Source: Clostridiaceae bacterium
GTDB taxonomy: Bacteria > Bacillota > Clostridia > Saccharofermentanales > UBA5734
Reading direction: 5' to 3'
Length of the DNA: 64,000 nucleotides
Assembly: GCA_012520975.1 (NCBI GenBank)
Contig: JAAYNF010000128.1
Span: 12,380 to 76,379 of the forward strand
This document shows positions 48,356-57,543 of the stretch, piece by piece. The position numbers were made by a program, and so were the translations under genes. The first letter of the stretch is position 1. Every line of letters starts with the position of its first letter. The notes under the pieces are model-generated. The model saw only the letters and a program-made list of their open reading frames with translations. It ran no database searches and was not told the DNA's origin.

Positions 48356-49334
48356 ACTGTTGGCCGTCGCCTTTGGCATAACTGTTTTAACCATTATTTG
48401 CGGATGGGCGGGTCTACCCTTGCTGCACAAGCTTAATGTCGGTCAACGGGTTCGTGACGATGGGCCGGAAAGCCATTTTAAGAAGAGCGGAACACCGACC
48501 TTCGGTGGTTTGTTCTTTCTGCTGCCACTGGCTCTGTTGGCTGTTACCGCCTTGATTATTAACCGACGGCTTGGCAATCTGGCTGTTCTGATTCTCCTGA
48601 TGCTGCTTTTTGCGTTGGCGGGCTTTCTTGATGACTACATCAAGGTTCGCATTAGCAAGAAAGGCCTTTCCATGGGGCAAAAAACGCTTTTGTTAGGTGT
48701 TTTCTCAATCCTGTTTACGATCTATTATCTTTATTTTTCTCAGGAAGACCCTTTCTTGCTGGTTCCGTTTAGCGGCCGGCAATTCCTGATCACCGGCTGG
48801 ATGAAAATTCCTTTTGGCCTGCTGGTGGTTCTATATCTGTTTTTTATCAGCAATGCCGTCAACTTGACCGATGGCATTGACGGTTTGGCATCGTCCGTGA
48901 CCGCCATCAGTTCCGCTGCGTTGGCCGGAGCCGCGCTGATATTGCAACCGTCGTTAAATCAGGCCCGTTCGGTCGGATGGCTGTCTGCGGCCATGTTCGG
49001 CGGATGCCTTGGCTTTTTGGTTTTCAACCGCCATCCGGCTAAGGTGTTTATGGGCGATACCGGTTCACAGGCCCTAGGAGCCGGCATAGCCGGTGCTGCG
49101 CTGTTGCTGGGGATCCCGTGGGTTTTATTGCCGGTTGGCATTGTCTATATCGCAGAGGCCTTTTCTGTCATGATCCAAGTCGTTTATTTTAAAAAAACGG
49201 GTGGAAAAAGGATCTTCCGTATGTCTCCCATCCATCACCATTATGAATTGGGAGGCTGGTCGGAAAATAAGATCGTGCTTGTTTTTAGTTTGGTGGGACT
49301 GGCCGGTGGCCTGCTCGGCCTCCTTATGATTTAA
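48345..49334 (+). CDS. mraY: phospho-N-acetylmuramoyl-pentapeptide transferase
   Basis: 'NAVNLTDGIDGLA' and 'FMGDTGSQALG'. 329 aa from ATG 48345. Confidence 0.95.
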   Translation: MISELLAVAFGITVLTIICGWAGLPLLHKLNVGQRVRDDGPESHFKKSGTPTFGGLFFLLPLALLAVTALIINRRLGNLAVLILLMLLFALAGFLDDYIKVRISKKGLSMGQKTLLLGVFSILFTIYYLYFSQEDPFLLVPFSGRQFLITGWMKIPFGLLVVLYLFFISNAVNLTDGIDGLASSVTAISSAALAGAALILQPSLNQARSVGWLSAAMFGGCLGFLVFNRHPAKVFMGDTGSQALGAGIAGAALLLGIPWVLLPVGIVYIAEAFSVMIQVVYFKKTGGKRIFRMSPIHHHYELGGWSENKIVLVFSLVGLAGGLLGLLMI

Positions 49335-49371
49335 TTGTTATTATTATACTACCACGGAGGTGAGGCGTACG

Positions 49372-50721
49372 ATGAGACGCGAACAATTGATTGAATCAGC
49401 TGCCTATCGCAACCGCGATGTGCGTCATGTGACCAACTCCGTCTCGCCGCTGCCCTCGCCCCGTCGAATTCACGGGGGACTGTTGATCGTCATGTTGATC
49501 ATGGCCTGCTTTGGCTTGATTATGTTGTTCAGCGCCAGCATGAGCGGCTCCTTTGATCAAGAGGGCGATGCCATGTATGTTGTTTTTCGACAGGCCGGCA
49601 TCACCGCTATGGGTTTGGCGGTCGCCCTGATATTGGCTGTTGCCATTCCGCTTAAATTGTTTGATCATTTCTGGATGTCCGCGATTCTTTATGTGATTAC
49701 GTCAGGTTTGCTGGTTTATGTCAAGCTTTTTGGCGTCGTAATCAACAGTGCCCGCCGCTGGATCCGGATTCCTGTTTTCGGAACCTTTCAACCCTCGGAG
49801 CTGGCCAAACTGGCCATGGTTTTCTGTTTTGCCGGATATGTCTCCATGGTGCGGCGCCGCCGGGCAAAAGGTAAATGTCGATTTAAAACAAAACTGGGCC
49901 AATTTCTGGCTGATGGCTGGATCGATATTCTTTTTCCATTCCTAGCTTTCTTGGTCTGGCTGGGCCTGATCCTCTGGCAACCACATCTGTCGGCCACGCT
50001 TATTCTCGGCTTTGTCATGCTGGCAATGTTCTTGGCTGCAGGTATTCGTTTGCGTTCTTGGATCAGCGCCATCACTCAAATGGTATTAATACTGGTCATT
50101 ATTGCTTTGCTGGTCGGCGTTGCCCTTCCTGCTCTCAAAGCCAAAGGCTTTGAGGAAACAATTGAGAAAAATTTTGCCCATGTCGAAAAACGCTTGGACA
50201 CCTTTCTTAATCCGGAATCCGCTTCGGCCGACGATACCTACCAGATTGATCAGTCGGTCATTGCCATGGGATCAGGCGGCTTATCCGGAGTAGGTCTGGG
50301 TTCGGGACGACAAAAATATAATTATCTACCTGAACCCTACAATGATTTCATTTTTGCGGTGATCGGTGAGGAGCTGGGTTTTATCGGCACTTTATCGGTC
50401 ATTCTTTTGTTCGTGTTGTTTTTGCTGATGGGGGTTGGTATTACGTACCGTGCTCCCAATGCCTTCGGAGCTGTTTTGGCCGGAGGATATACCATGCTGA
50501 TCAGCATCCAGGCTTTCCTTAATATAGCTGTCGCGACCAAGACCATACCGGCAACCGGCATTTCGCTGCCTTTATTCAGCTACGGCGGTACTTCCAATCT
50601 GTTTTTCTTGCTTGCTATCGGTTTTATTTTGGCTGTTTCCAAAACCGGACGCCTGCAGGGACAGGAGCTTGCGGAACGCTCGCCATCGGCGACCGCCCGG
50701 CGTACCGGTGGGCGACCATGA
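49372..50721 (+). CDS. ftsW: SEDS-family protein FtsW/SpoVE
   Basis: 'FQPSELAKLAMVF' and 'PLFSYGGTSNLFF'. ATG 49372 follows GGAGG. Conserved position between mraY and murG. Confidence 0.8.
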   Translation: MRREQLIESAAYRNRDVRHVTNSVSPLPSPRRIHGGLLIVMLIMACFGLIMLFSASMSGSFDQEGDAMYVVFRQAGITAMGLAVALILAVAIPLKLFDHFWMSAILYVITSGLLVYVKLFGVVINSARRWIRIPVFGTFQPSELAKLAMVFCFAGYVSMVRRRRAKGKCRFKTKLGQFLADGWIDILFPFLAFLVWLGLILWQPHLSATLILGFVMLAMFLAAGIRLRSWISAITQMVLILVIIALLVGVALPALKAKGFEETIEKNFAHVEKRLDTFLNPESASADDTYQIDQSVIAMGSGGLSGVGLGSGRQKYNYLPEPYNDFIFAVIGEELGFIGTLSVILLFVLFLLMGVGITYRAPNAFGAVLAGGYTMLISIQAFLNIAVATKTIPATGISLPLFSYGGTSNLFFLLAIGFILAVSKTGRLQGQELAERSPSATARRTGGRP

Positions 50722-51842
50722 CCGGGCTGCGCTTTTTACTGGCGGGCGGCGGCACCAGTGGCCATATTACGCCGGCTCTTGCCATAGCCGATCAGATCCG
50801 TTTGGATCATCCTGATGCCGAAATCCGCTTTTGCGGAACCGAACGGGGTTTGGAGAGCATATTGGTTCCTCGTGCCGGTTATCAGTTGACCACCATTCGC
50901 GCCAGCGGCCTGCCCAACAAACCATCACCGGCTTTGTTTCGTGCCTTGGCTGATTTTTGGGCCGGGCGTCGTCAATGCCGTCGGATCCTGTGCGAATTTC
51001 AGCCAAACGCGGTGATCGGAACCGGTGGCTACGTTTGCAGTCCGGTTATCGCGGCGGCCGTCAGCCTGCGAATTCCGGTTCTCCTTCACGAACAGAATGC
51101 CTTTCCCGGCCGGTCCAATCGTCTGATGGCCAGAAAAAGTCAGGCTGTTTGCATTAGTTTTCCGGGAACAGAAACAAGATTTCCTGTCGGAACGCCGGTC
51201 TTTTTGACCGGAAATCCGGTTCGCGGCAGTTATTTTTCTCTTACACGAGACCTAGCCCGTTCACGTTTGGTTGAGCAAGGATTGGTCATTACAGACAAAA
51301 CCAACCTCATACTGTCGATGGGCGGCAGCCTTGGTTCCCACACGATTAATCAGGCGGTCGTGGCCTTTGATCCTGATCTGGATTTCCAATCGGAAAACGG
51401 CTCAAACCTGCTTGTCGTTTTGGCCGCCGGCCATCGCCAATATTCAGATGTTGCTCAACAAGCGGCGGGCAAGCCATGGCTTGATATTCGCGAGTACATC
51501 CATGATCTGGACCTGTTGATGGCCGCCGCTGATCTGGTTATCAGCCGTTCAGGGGCCATGACCTGTGCCGAACTGGCCGCATTGGGACGCCCTTCAATCT
51601 TGGTGCCATATCCTTATGCTGCCGGCGACCATCAAACATTTAACGCTCGTGCGCTGGCTGATGTCGGTGCCGCCATCCTTTGTCCCGACTCGGAAATGTC
51701 CGCCGACTACCTCAATAAGATGTTACCGGATTTGCTCCATGATTCCGCGCGGTTAGAGGAGATGGGAAGGGCGGCTGCAACATTGGCCCGACCGGACGCG
51801 GCCAAGGCAATCTGTCAGAAATTATATGAGGTCATGATGTGA
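50718..51842 (+). CDS. murG: UDP-GlcNAc:lipid I GlcNAc transferase
   Basis: 'LAGGGTSGHITPALAIAD' and 'ISRSGAMTCAELAALGRPSILVPYP'. ATGA overlap. Confidence 0.9.
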   Translation: MTGLRFLLAGGGTSGHITPALAIADQIRLDHPDAEIRFCGTERGLESILVPRAGYQLTTIRASGLPNKPSPALFRALADFWAGRRQCRRILCEFQPNAVIGTGGYVCSPVIAAAVSLRIPVLLHEQNAFPGRSNRLMARKSQAVCISFPGTETRFPVGTPVFLTGNPVRGSYFSLTRDLARSRLVEQGLVITDKTNLILSMGGSLGSHTINQAVVAFDPDLDFQSENGSNLLVVLAAGHRQYSDVAQQAAGKPWLDIREYIHDLDLLMAAADLVISRSGAMTCAELAALGRPSILVPYPYAAGDHQTFNARALADVGAAILCPDSEMSADYLNKMLPDLLHDSARLEEMGRAAATLARPDAAKAICQKLYEVMM

Positions 51843-52639
51843 AGTCGACAGGTTCCCGACATTGGCCGGGAATTCTGGCCACGATAATGCTTTTGGCGGT
51901 GTTGTTGCTGCTTGTCTGGCTTTTACCTGTTTTTCATCTCAGCGAAATAGAAACACATGGTTTGCGAACCTTGGATGAGACCGAGATCAAGGCAGTGAGC
52001 GGCTTGACTCCGGACCAACACCTGCTCAGGGGTCTGGGCGGGTCACTGACCCACATTCTGCAGCTGCGCTATGCTTTTGCCGAGAATAATTTGAAGGCGG
52101 CTTATCCCTCCATCCGCACGGCTGTTGTCCAAATGGATTTTCCCCGAAAAATCATCATCGACATCGAGGAACGGGTGGAAGTGGCCTATTTGCTTGTGCC
52201 GGACGGGTGTGCCGTTATTGATAAATCAGGCTATTTGATTGACATTTTGCCGACTCCGCCATTGGGTATTCCGGTGATCAATGGACTCAAGGTGACCTCC
52301 ATGACGCTCGGGCAGGCCATCAGTGTGGATGTTCCTACGGTTTTGAATAGTGCAATCTCCTTAATGGGTGCTATAATTGATGCGGACAAAGACGACCGCA
52401 CCGATCTGAAGCTATTGCCGACCATCAGCACGATCTTGCCGGTTGGGGGACGCAATCTTTACATGGTCCTTATTTTGCCGGGAAGCAGGGATGAGTTGCA
52501 TGTTGCGGTCGAGATCGGCCCGGATCTCCGGGAGGATATGCTGTGGCTGCGTTTCGCGGTCGCCCAAGGTGTGCTGGACAATCGAGGCAAAGGCATTCTT
52601 GACCTGACCGGAACCCGGCGAACATTTATACCGGATTGA
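51839..52639 (+). CDS. ftsQ: cell division protein FtsQ/DivIB (POTRA)
   Basis: N-terminal TM followed by a POTRA-like 'IETHGLRTLDETEIKAVSGL'. GTGA overlap with murG. Confidence 0.75.
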   Translation: MKSTGSRHWPGILATIMLLAVLLLLVWLLPVFHLSEIETHGLRTLDETEIKAVSGLTPDQHLLRGLGGSLTHILQLRYAFAENNLKAAYPSIRTAVVQMDFPRKIIIDIEERVEVAYLLVPDGCAVIDKSGYLIDILPTPPLGIPVINGLKVTSMTLGQAISVDVPTVLNSAISLMGAIIDADKDDRTDLKLLPTISTILPVGGRNLYMVLILPGSRDELHVAVEIGPDLREDMLWLRFAVAQGVLDNRGKGILDLTGTRRTFIPD

Positions 52640-52653
52640 GGAGGAGCTGAATC

Positions 52654-53034
52654 ATGGTAGCTTTGATCGGCCTGATTATCGGCCTGATAATCGGATTGCT
52701 CTGGAATTTCGATATCCCCGCGGCCTATTCATCATATGTGGCGGTGGGCATTCTGGCGGCGCTTGATTCGGTGATCGGAGCCTTGACCGCTAATCTGCAA
52801 AATAAATTTAACTTTCGCTTGTTCATCACCGGCTTTATTGGCAACAGCGCCATCGCCGTCGCACTGACGGCATTGGGCGACCAACTGGATCTAAATTTGA
52901 GTTTGGCGGCTATTTTTGCTTTTGGCAATCGGATCTTTGTCAATTTTTCCATCATTCGCCGTTTGATGCTGGAACGCTACGATAAAAGGCGCAGTCGGTC
53001 AAAATTACCGGTCGACGATGAGCTCGACGGTTGA
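52654..53034 (+). CDS. sbp: small basic membrane protein (Sbp, DUF1290)
   Basis: By-eye alignment to B. subtilis Sbp: 'AAYSSYVAVGILAALDSVIGA' and 'AAIFAFGNRIFVNFSIIRR'. Confidence 0.8.
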   Translation: MVALIGLIIGLIIGLLWNFDIPAAYSSYVAVGILAALDSVIGALTANLQNKFNFRLFITGFIGNSAIAVALTALGDQLDLNLSLAAIFAFGNRIFVNFSIIRRLMLERYDKRRSRSKLPVDDELDG

Positions 53035-53253
53035 CGTCACCTGCCTTCATCGATTCATATGTCAGGTCGGATTTTCACTAGATGTTGTAATCAATTTTTA
53101 ATTTAATACTAAATGTTGTTGTGCCGCTTGTCATATTGGTGTAAAATTGGGTAATGAATAGACCTGCAGTCGTTGACAGAGCAATGGCATGACGACAGGA
53201 CCTCATGACAAGTTGTTATTTGTAGATTTGCGGTTAATGGCGCTTGAGAGGGG

Positions 53254-54702
53254 ATGGAAAACTTGACTGATTATAAAATGGGATTTGGCATGGATAACGA
53301 TCATTTTGCCACAATCAAAGTGATTGGTATTGGAGGCGGAGGCTGTAACGCAGTCGACCGAATGATTGACAGCCAAGTTCAGGGCATTGAGTTTATTACC
53401 GTAAATACCGATAATCAGGCATTGCTGCGTACCAAAGCCAACAACCGGCTTCAAATCGGCGAAAAGATCACACGAGGCTTGGGAGCAGGAGCCAATCCGG
53501 AGATCGGCGAAAAGGCCGCCACCGAGTCCAAGGATGAGATCGGCCAACTGATCCGCGGAACCGATATGCTCTTTATCACGGCGGGCATGGGTGGTGGAAC
53601 CGGTACAGGCGGTGCGCCGGTCGTTGCTCAGATTGCTCGTGAGCTTGGTATTCTGACTGTGGGTGTCGTCACTCGGCCATTTCGTTTCGAAGGATCCCGG
53701 CGTATGCAAAATGCCGAACGTGGCATCCGCGAAATGGAGAAATATGTCGACTCGCTCATTGTAGTGCCCAATGACAAACTTCTTGAAATCGCCTCGGACG
53801 ACACGTCTCTCGACGAGGCCTTTAATTTGGCCGACCAGGTTCTCAAACATGGCGTCTCCGGCATTTCTGATCTTGTGGCGATCCCCGGGCTGATCAATCT
53901 GGACCTAGCAGATGTTCGGCGCATCATGACACAGGCCGGTGTTTGCCACATGGGGATTGGTCGGGCATCCGGCGAAGGCCGGGCAGCGGCGGCTATTCGG
54001 CAAGCGATCAACAGTCCGCTCTTGGATACGACCATCGATGGTGCCCGGGGTGTTATTCTTAATTTTACCGGTGGTCGGGACATGAAAATTCGGGAAGTTG
54101 ATGAAGCGGCATCGGTTGTCCGCGACGCGGTATCACCGGAAGCCGACATTATTTTTGGCGCGGTGATTGATCCGGAAATGAATGACGAGATTGTGATCAC
54201 GGTTATTGCCAGTGGCTTTGATCGGGAAAACAAGCCGGCATCTCACAGGGCCATGTCGGCTCAAGGTCAGCGGCCGTCGCCGATTTTTGCTTCGCCGGAC
54301 GTTACCCAAGAAAATACAGAGCCAACGGAAAAACAACCGGGAACCGATGAAACCGATGATGAATTAAGTCGGGTTCCGGATTTTCTTAACAGTTCCTACA
54401 CTGCGCCGGTGCCCGAGCCGCCGTCGACAGCATCCGAAAGCTCCGGTTTCCATACCGTCGGCGTGGAAAACGAAGATCCGGAGCGCGATTTTTCTCCGGG
54501 GCCGGATTTCCCCCTATCTTCGGCAACTCCGACGAGGCAGCCCGTGAATCCGCCCTTACGGAGCGCCCAACAGCCGGATGGCAGCGACCCGAGGGCAAAA
54601 AACCCGGCGCAATCAGCCGCCCCCGAGCGCCGAACCGAAAAAAAGAGCAGTCGGATCCTGCCTTGGTTCTTGCAGGATAACGATAATCGTTATCAGGATT
54701 AG
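53254..54702 (+). CDS. ftsZ: cell division GTPase FtsZ
   Basis: '[14 protein letters not shown]' and '[13 protein letters not shown]'. C-terminal peptide '[10 protein letters not shown]'. The start is uncertain: ATG 53254, in-frame TTG 53263 or ATG 53278. Confidence 0.93.
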   Translation: MENLTDYKMGFGMDNDHFATIKVIGIGGGGCNAVDRMIDSQVQGIEFITVNTDNQALLRTKANNRLQIGEKITRGLGAGANPEIGEKAATESKDEIGQLIRGTDMLFITAGMGGGTGTGGAPVVAQIARELGILTVGVVTRPFRFEGSRRMQNAERGIREMEKYVDSLIVVPNDKLLEIASDDTSLDEAFNLADQVLKHGVSGISDLVAIPGLINLDLADVRRIMTQAGVCHMGIGRASGEGRAAAAIRQAINSPLLDTTIDGARGVILNFTGGRDMKIREVDEAASVVRDAVSPEADIIFGAVIDPEMNDEIVITVIASGFDRENKPASHRAMSAQGQRPSPIFASPDVTQENTEPTEKQPGTDETDDELSRVPDFLNSSYTAPVPEPPSTASESSGFHTVGVENEDPERDFSPGPDFPLSSATPTRQPVNPPLRSAQQPDGSDPRAKNPAQSAAPERRTEKKSSRILPWFLQDNDNRYQD

Positions 54703-54711
54703 GAAAGACTT

Positions 54712-55167
54712 ATGCGTTGTCCTTTTTGTGGTCATGATGAGGATCGGGTTGTGGATTCACGTCCGTCTGATGAGGGATCCGCCATCAGGCGCCGCCGGGA
54801 ATGCCTTTCTTGCAGTTCACGCTTTACGACCTATGAAAAAGTTGAAAGCCTGCCTCTGCTCGTAATCAAAAAGAACGGTACCCGGGAACCCTTTGATCGG
54901 GAAAAGCTGATGGCCGGCATCATGAAAAGTTGCCAAAAACGACCGGTTTCCAATCAACAGATTGATGATCTGGTTTCATCAATAGAAGTTCAAACCCAGA
55001 ATGCTCTCAAACGTGAAATCAGCTCGCAGGAGATCGGCGAACTGGTCATGGAGCGGCTGAAAGACATTGATGAAGTGGCTTATGTCCGGTTTGCATCGGT
55101 TTACAGGCAATTCAAGGATGTCAATTCTTTCCTTGACGAGTTGCACGATATGCTGCGCAAGACATGA
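54712..55167 (+). CDS. nrdR: transcriptional repressor NrdR
   Basis: Zn ribbon 'MRCPFCGH...[13 protein letters not shown]' plus an ATP-cone. Confidence 0.95.
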   Translation: MRCPFCGHDEDRVVDSRPSDEGSAIRRRRECLSCSSRFTTYEKVESLPLLVIKKNGTREPFDREKLMAGIMKSCQKRPVSNQQIDDLVSSIEVQTQNALKREISSQEIGELVMERLKDIDEVAYVRFASVYRQFKDVNSFLDELHDMLRKT

Positions 55168-55201
55168 CGAATCTGCCATCTGTGACGGAGGTGTAATCAG
55201 C

Positions 55202-55912
55202 GTGAAAAAAGTTCTGATCGTTGATGATGATCCGAATATCAGCGAATTGCTCCGACTTTACTTTGACAAGGACGGGTTTGCTGTTGTGAGTTGCCTTGAC
55301 GGCAACCAAGCATATGATGCTTTTCTCCGTTCTTCGCCTGATGTCGTCATTTTGGATTTGATGCTGCCCGGACGTGACGGCTACGATATTATGCGGGAAA
55401 TCCGCAAGACCTCCGATGTTCCGATCCTGATGCTGACCGCCCGTGGTGATACCCTGGACAAAGTAGTCGGACTTGAATTGGGTGCCGATGACTACATCCA
55501 AAAGCCCTTTGAACCTAAGGAATTGATGGCCAGAGTCAAAGCTGTTCTGCGCCGCTATGAATTCCGCTCGGATCAACGCCGGCAGGCAGATGATGACCGG
55601 CCGTTCGATGCTGTTGATCACCCCGGACTACGTGTCGATAAATCGCGCTATTCGGTTCTGGCCCACGGAAAAGAAATAGAAATGCCTCCCAAGGAGCTTG
55701 AACTCCTGTTTTTTCTGGCGACCCATCCCAATCGAGTTTTCACCCGTGAACAGTTGCTGGAAAATGTTTGGGGCTATGATTTCTTCGGTGAATCTCGAAC
55801 CGTTGATGTCCATATCAAACGTATCCGCGAAAAACTGGATGATGCCGGAGAACATCCGGATTGGCAGATCAAAACGGTTTGGGGCGTCGGTTACAAGTTC
55901 GAAACGCGTTGA
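55202..55912 (+). CDS. OmpR/PhoB-family response regulator
   Basis: Receiver 'KVLIVDDDPN' and 'ILDLMLPGRDG'. Winged helix 'TVWGVGYKFE'. GTG start 10 nt after GGAGG. Confidence 0.9.
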   Translation: MKKVLIVDDDPNISELLRLYFDKDGFAVVSCLDGNQAYDAFLRSSPDVVILDLMLPGRDGYDIMREIRKTSDVPILMLTARGDTLDKVVGLELGADDYIQKPFEPKELMARVKAVLRRYEFRSDQRRQADDDRPFDAVDHPGLRVDKSRYSVLAHGKEIEMPPKELELLFFLATHPNRVFTREQLLENVWGYDFFGESRTVDVHIKRIREKLDDAGEHPDWQIKTVWGVGYKFETR

Positions 55913-55926
55913 ATGGATCGTGAAAA

Positions 55927-57441
55927 ATGAGCAGGTTAAATCTGATCCGTTCGGTTTATACTCGCACCATCTTATTGTTGACGCTGGCTGTCCTGATTGT
56001 GTTCAGCGTTTTGGGGCTTGTTTATTATGGCATTGTTTCCCTTGAAGCCGTCCGTCTGCAGAATGTCCGTCTGCTCAACAGCGCTCAAGCCATTTCCGAA
56101 GTGGTATCCGAAAATCTTAATGCGGCCGGTGAGGTTACCAATCGTGAGATCGCCAGTTACGTCAATTTTACCGCGCGCTCTACCGGTGCCTTGATCTGGG
56201 TCATTAATCATAAACATGAAATTATCCTTTACTCCAATTTACCCGGGTATGTTATTGAAAAATTGGAACGTTCCGGTCCGGGGCAATACATCATTGATGG
56301 CAAATACCTGGTTACACGCAGAACCGGTACAACAGGAATCAATCAAAGCGGTGATTTTAATGGGCTTTTTGCCGAGTCCGGCGCCCGCTGGCTTTCGGCT
56401 GTCTGGCCAATCGCCTCGGCAACGGGCTTTTATCGCGGCGAAGTACACGTTCACTACCAACAGAATCCCAGCAGTTTGGCCAGCTTTTTAATGACCGGCA
56501 GCCTGGTCGCATCTTTTTTGGCCGCATTTGGTATTGCCCTGATCTTCATCGGTATCCTATCCCGTAACATTACCAGACCGATCCGACTCTTATCCCATGC
56601 GGCCGACCGGGTTTCCCGCGGGGACCTGTCGGTTCGAGTTGAGTTGCCCGGCAGCAGGAGCGGAACGGATGATGCTGCCGGCAAGCTGGTCGCCGATGAC
56701 TTGACCGTCTTGGTCAGAACAATGAACACCATGATTGAAAAATTGGAAAACCAGGAGAGGGAGCGCAAGGATTTCATCTCCAGCGTTTCTCACGATCTGA
56801 GAACACCGATCACATCAATTGGCGGTTTCGTTTCCGGCATGATTGACGGTACTATTCCGGCTGATCGCTTCATGCATTATCTTGGTATTGTCAAGCAGGA
56901 GGTCGCGCGACTGCAAATGCTGGTCAACACCATGTTCGAAGGGAATTTGATGACCAATGATCGCACATTAAATATGTCGGTTTTTGATATTAACCAGGTC
57001 ATCAAGGAAGATGTGATCGGCCTGGAAGCTTTGTTGTCAGAAAAGCAACTGGGTGTGCAGACAGATTTTGCCGCCGATGAGACGGGTCGATTACTGGTTT
57101 TGGGTGACCGCGAAGCCATTAATCGGGTGGTTTACAATATTTTGGTTAACGCCATTCGCTTTACCCCTGTGGACGGCGTTGTGGCTCTGACCACAAGATA
57201 TTTGGGAAAAAGCAAGGAAATCGAAGTGATTATTGAAGACAGCGGCATGGGGATTCCGGAAAGCGAGTATCCTTATATTTTCGATCGATTTTACAAAATT
57301 GACAAGTCCAGGACGTCCAGCGGATCCGGGCTGGGACTATATATCAGCCGAACCATCCTGGCGGCTCATGGCCAACGGATTACCGTTGGACGAAGTGATT
57401 TGGGCGGAGCGCGATTCGCCTTTACATTAGCCATTCCTTAA
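55927..57441 (+). CDS. sensor histidine kinase (2 TM, extracytoplasmic loop, HAMP, HisKA, HATPase)
   Basis: H-box 'SSVSHDLRTPITSI', N-box 'NILVNAIRFT', and G-boxes 'EDSGMGIP' and 'GSGLGLYI'. Confidence 0.9.
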   Translation: MSRLNLIRSVYTRTILLLTLAVLIVFSVLGLVYYGIVSLEAVRLQNVRLLNSAQAISEVVSENLNAAGEVTNREIASYVNFTARSTGALIWVINHKHEIILYSNLPGYVIEKLERSGPGQYIIDGKYLVTRRTGTTGINQSGDFNGLFAESGARWLSAVWPIASATGFYRGEVHVHYQQNPSSLASFLMTGSLVASFLAAFGIALIFIGILSRNITRPIRLLSHAADRVSRGDLSVRVELPGSRSGTDDAAGKLVADDLTVLVRTMNTMIEKLENQERERKDFISSVSHDLRTPITSIGGFVSGMIDGTIPADRFMHYLGIVKQEVARLQMLVNTMFEGNLMTNDRTLNMSVFDINQVIKEDVIGLEALLSEKQLGVQTDFAADETGRLLVLGDREAINRVVYNILVNAIRFTPVDGVVALTTRYLGKSKEIEVIIEDSGMGIPESEYPYIFDRFYKIDKSRTSSGSGLGLYISRTILAAHGQRITVGRSDLGGARFAFTLAIP

Positions 57442-57468
57442 AGTTTCGAGGAATCAATCAACAACTTG

Positions 57469-57485
57469 TTCACAATACATTCACG
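57469..57485 (+). promoter_or_regulatory. direct repeat TTCACA-N5-TTCACG (candidate OmpR-family response-regulator site)
   Basis: The hexamers are 11 bp apart (57469 and 57480), placed where a -35 would be relative to TAAAAT at 57495-57500, upstream of the HtrA-like gene. Confidence 0.4.
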
Positions 57486-57543
57486 ATTATTGACTAAAAT
57501 AGTAATCGTTCGGTAGCACAAAATTGGAGGTAGTTGTCGGCAT

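Noticed and set aside
53119-53147. Candidate ftsZ promoter TTGTGC-17-TAAAAT in the sbp-ftsZ spacer, plus an interrupted stem at about 53162-53200.
   Set aside because: The -35 matches only 3 of 6 positions and several alternative hexamer pairs are equally plausible. The stem is interrupted and has an 18-nt loop, so it is not supportable without 5'-end data.
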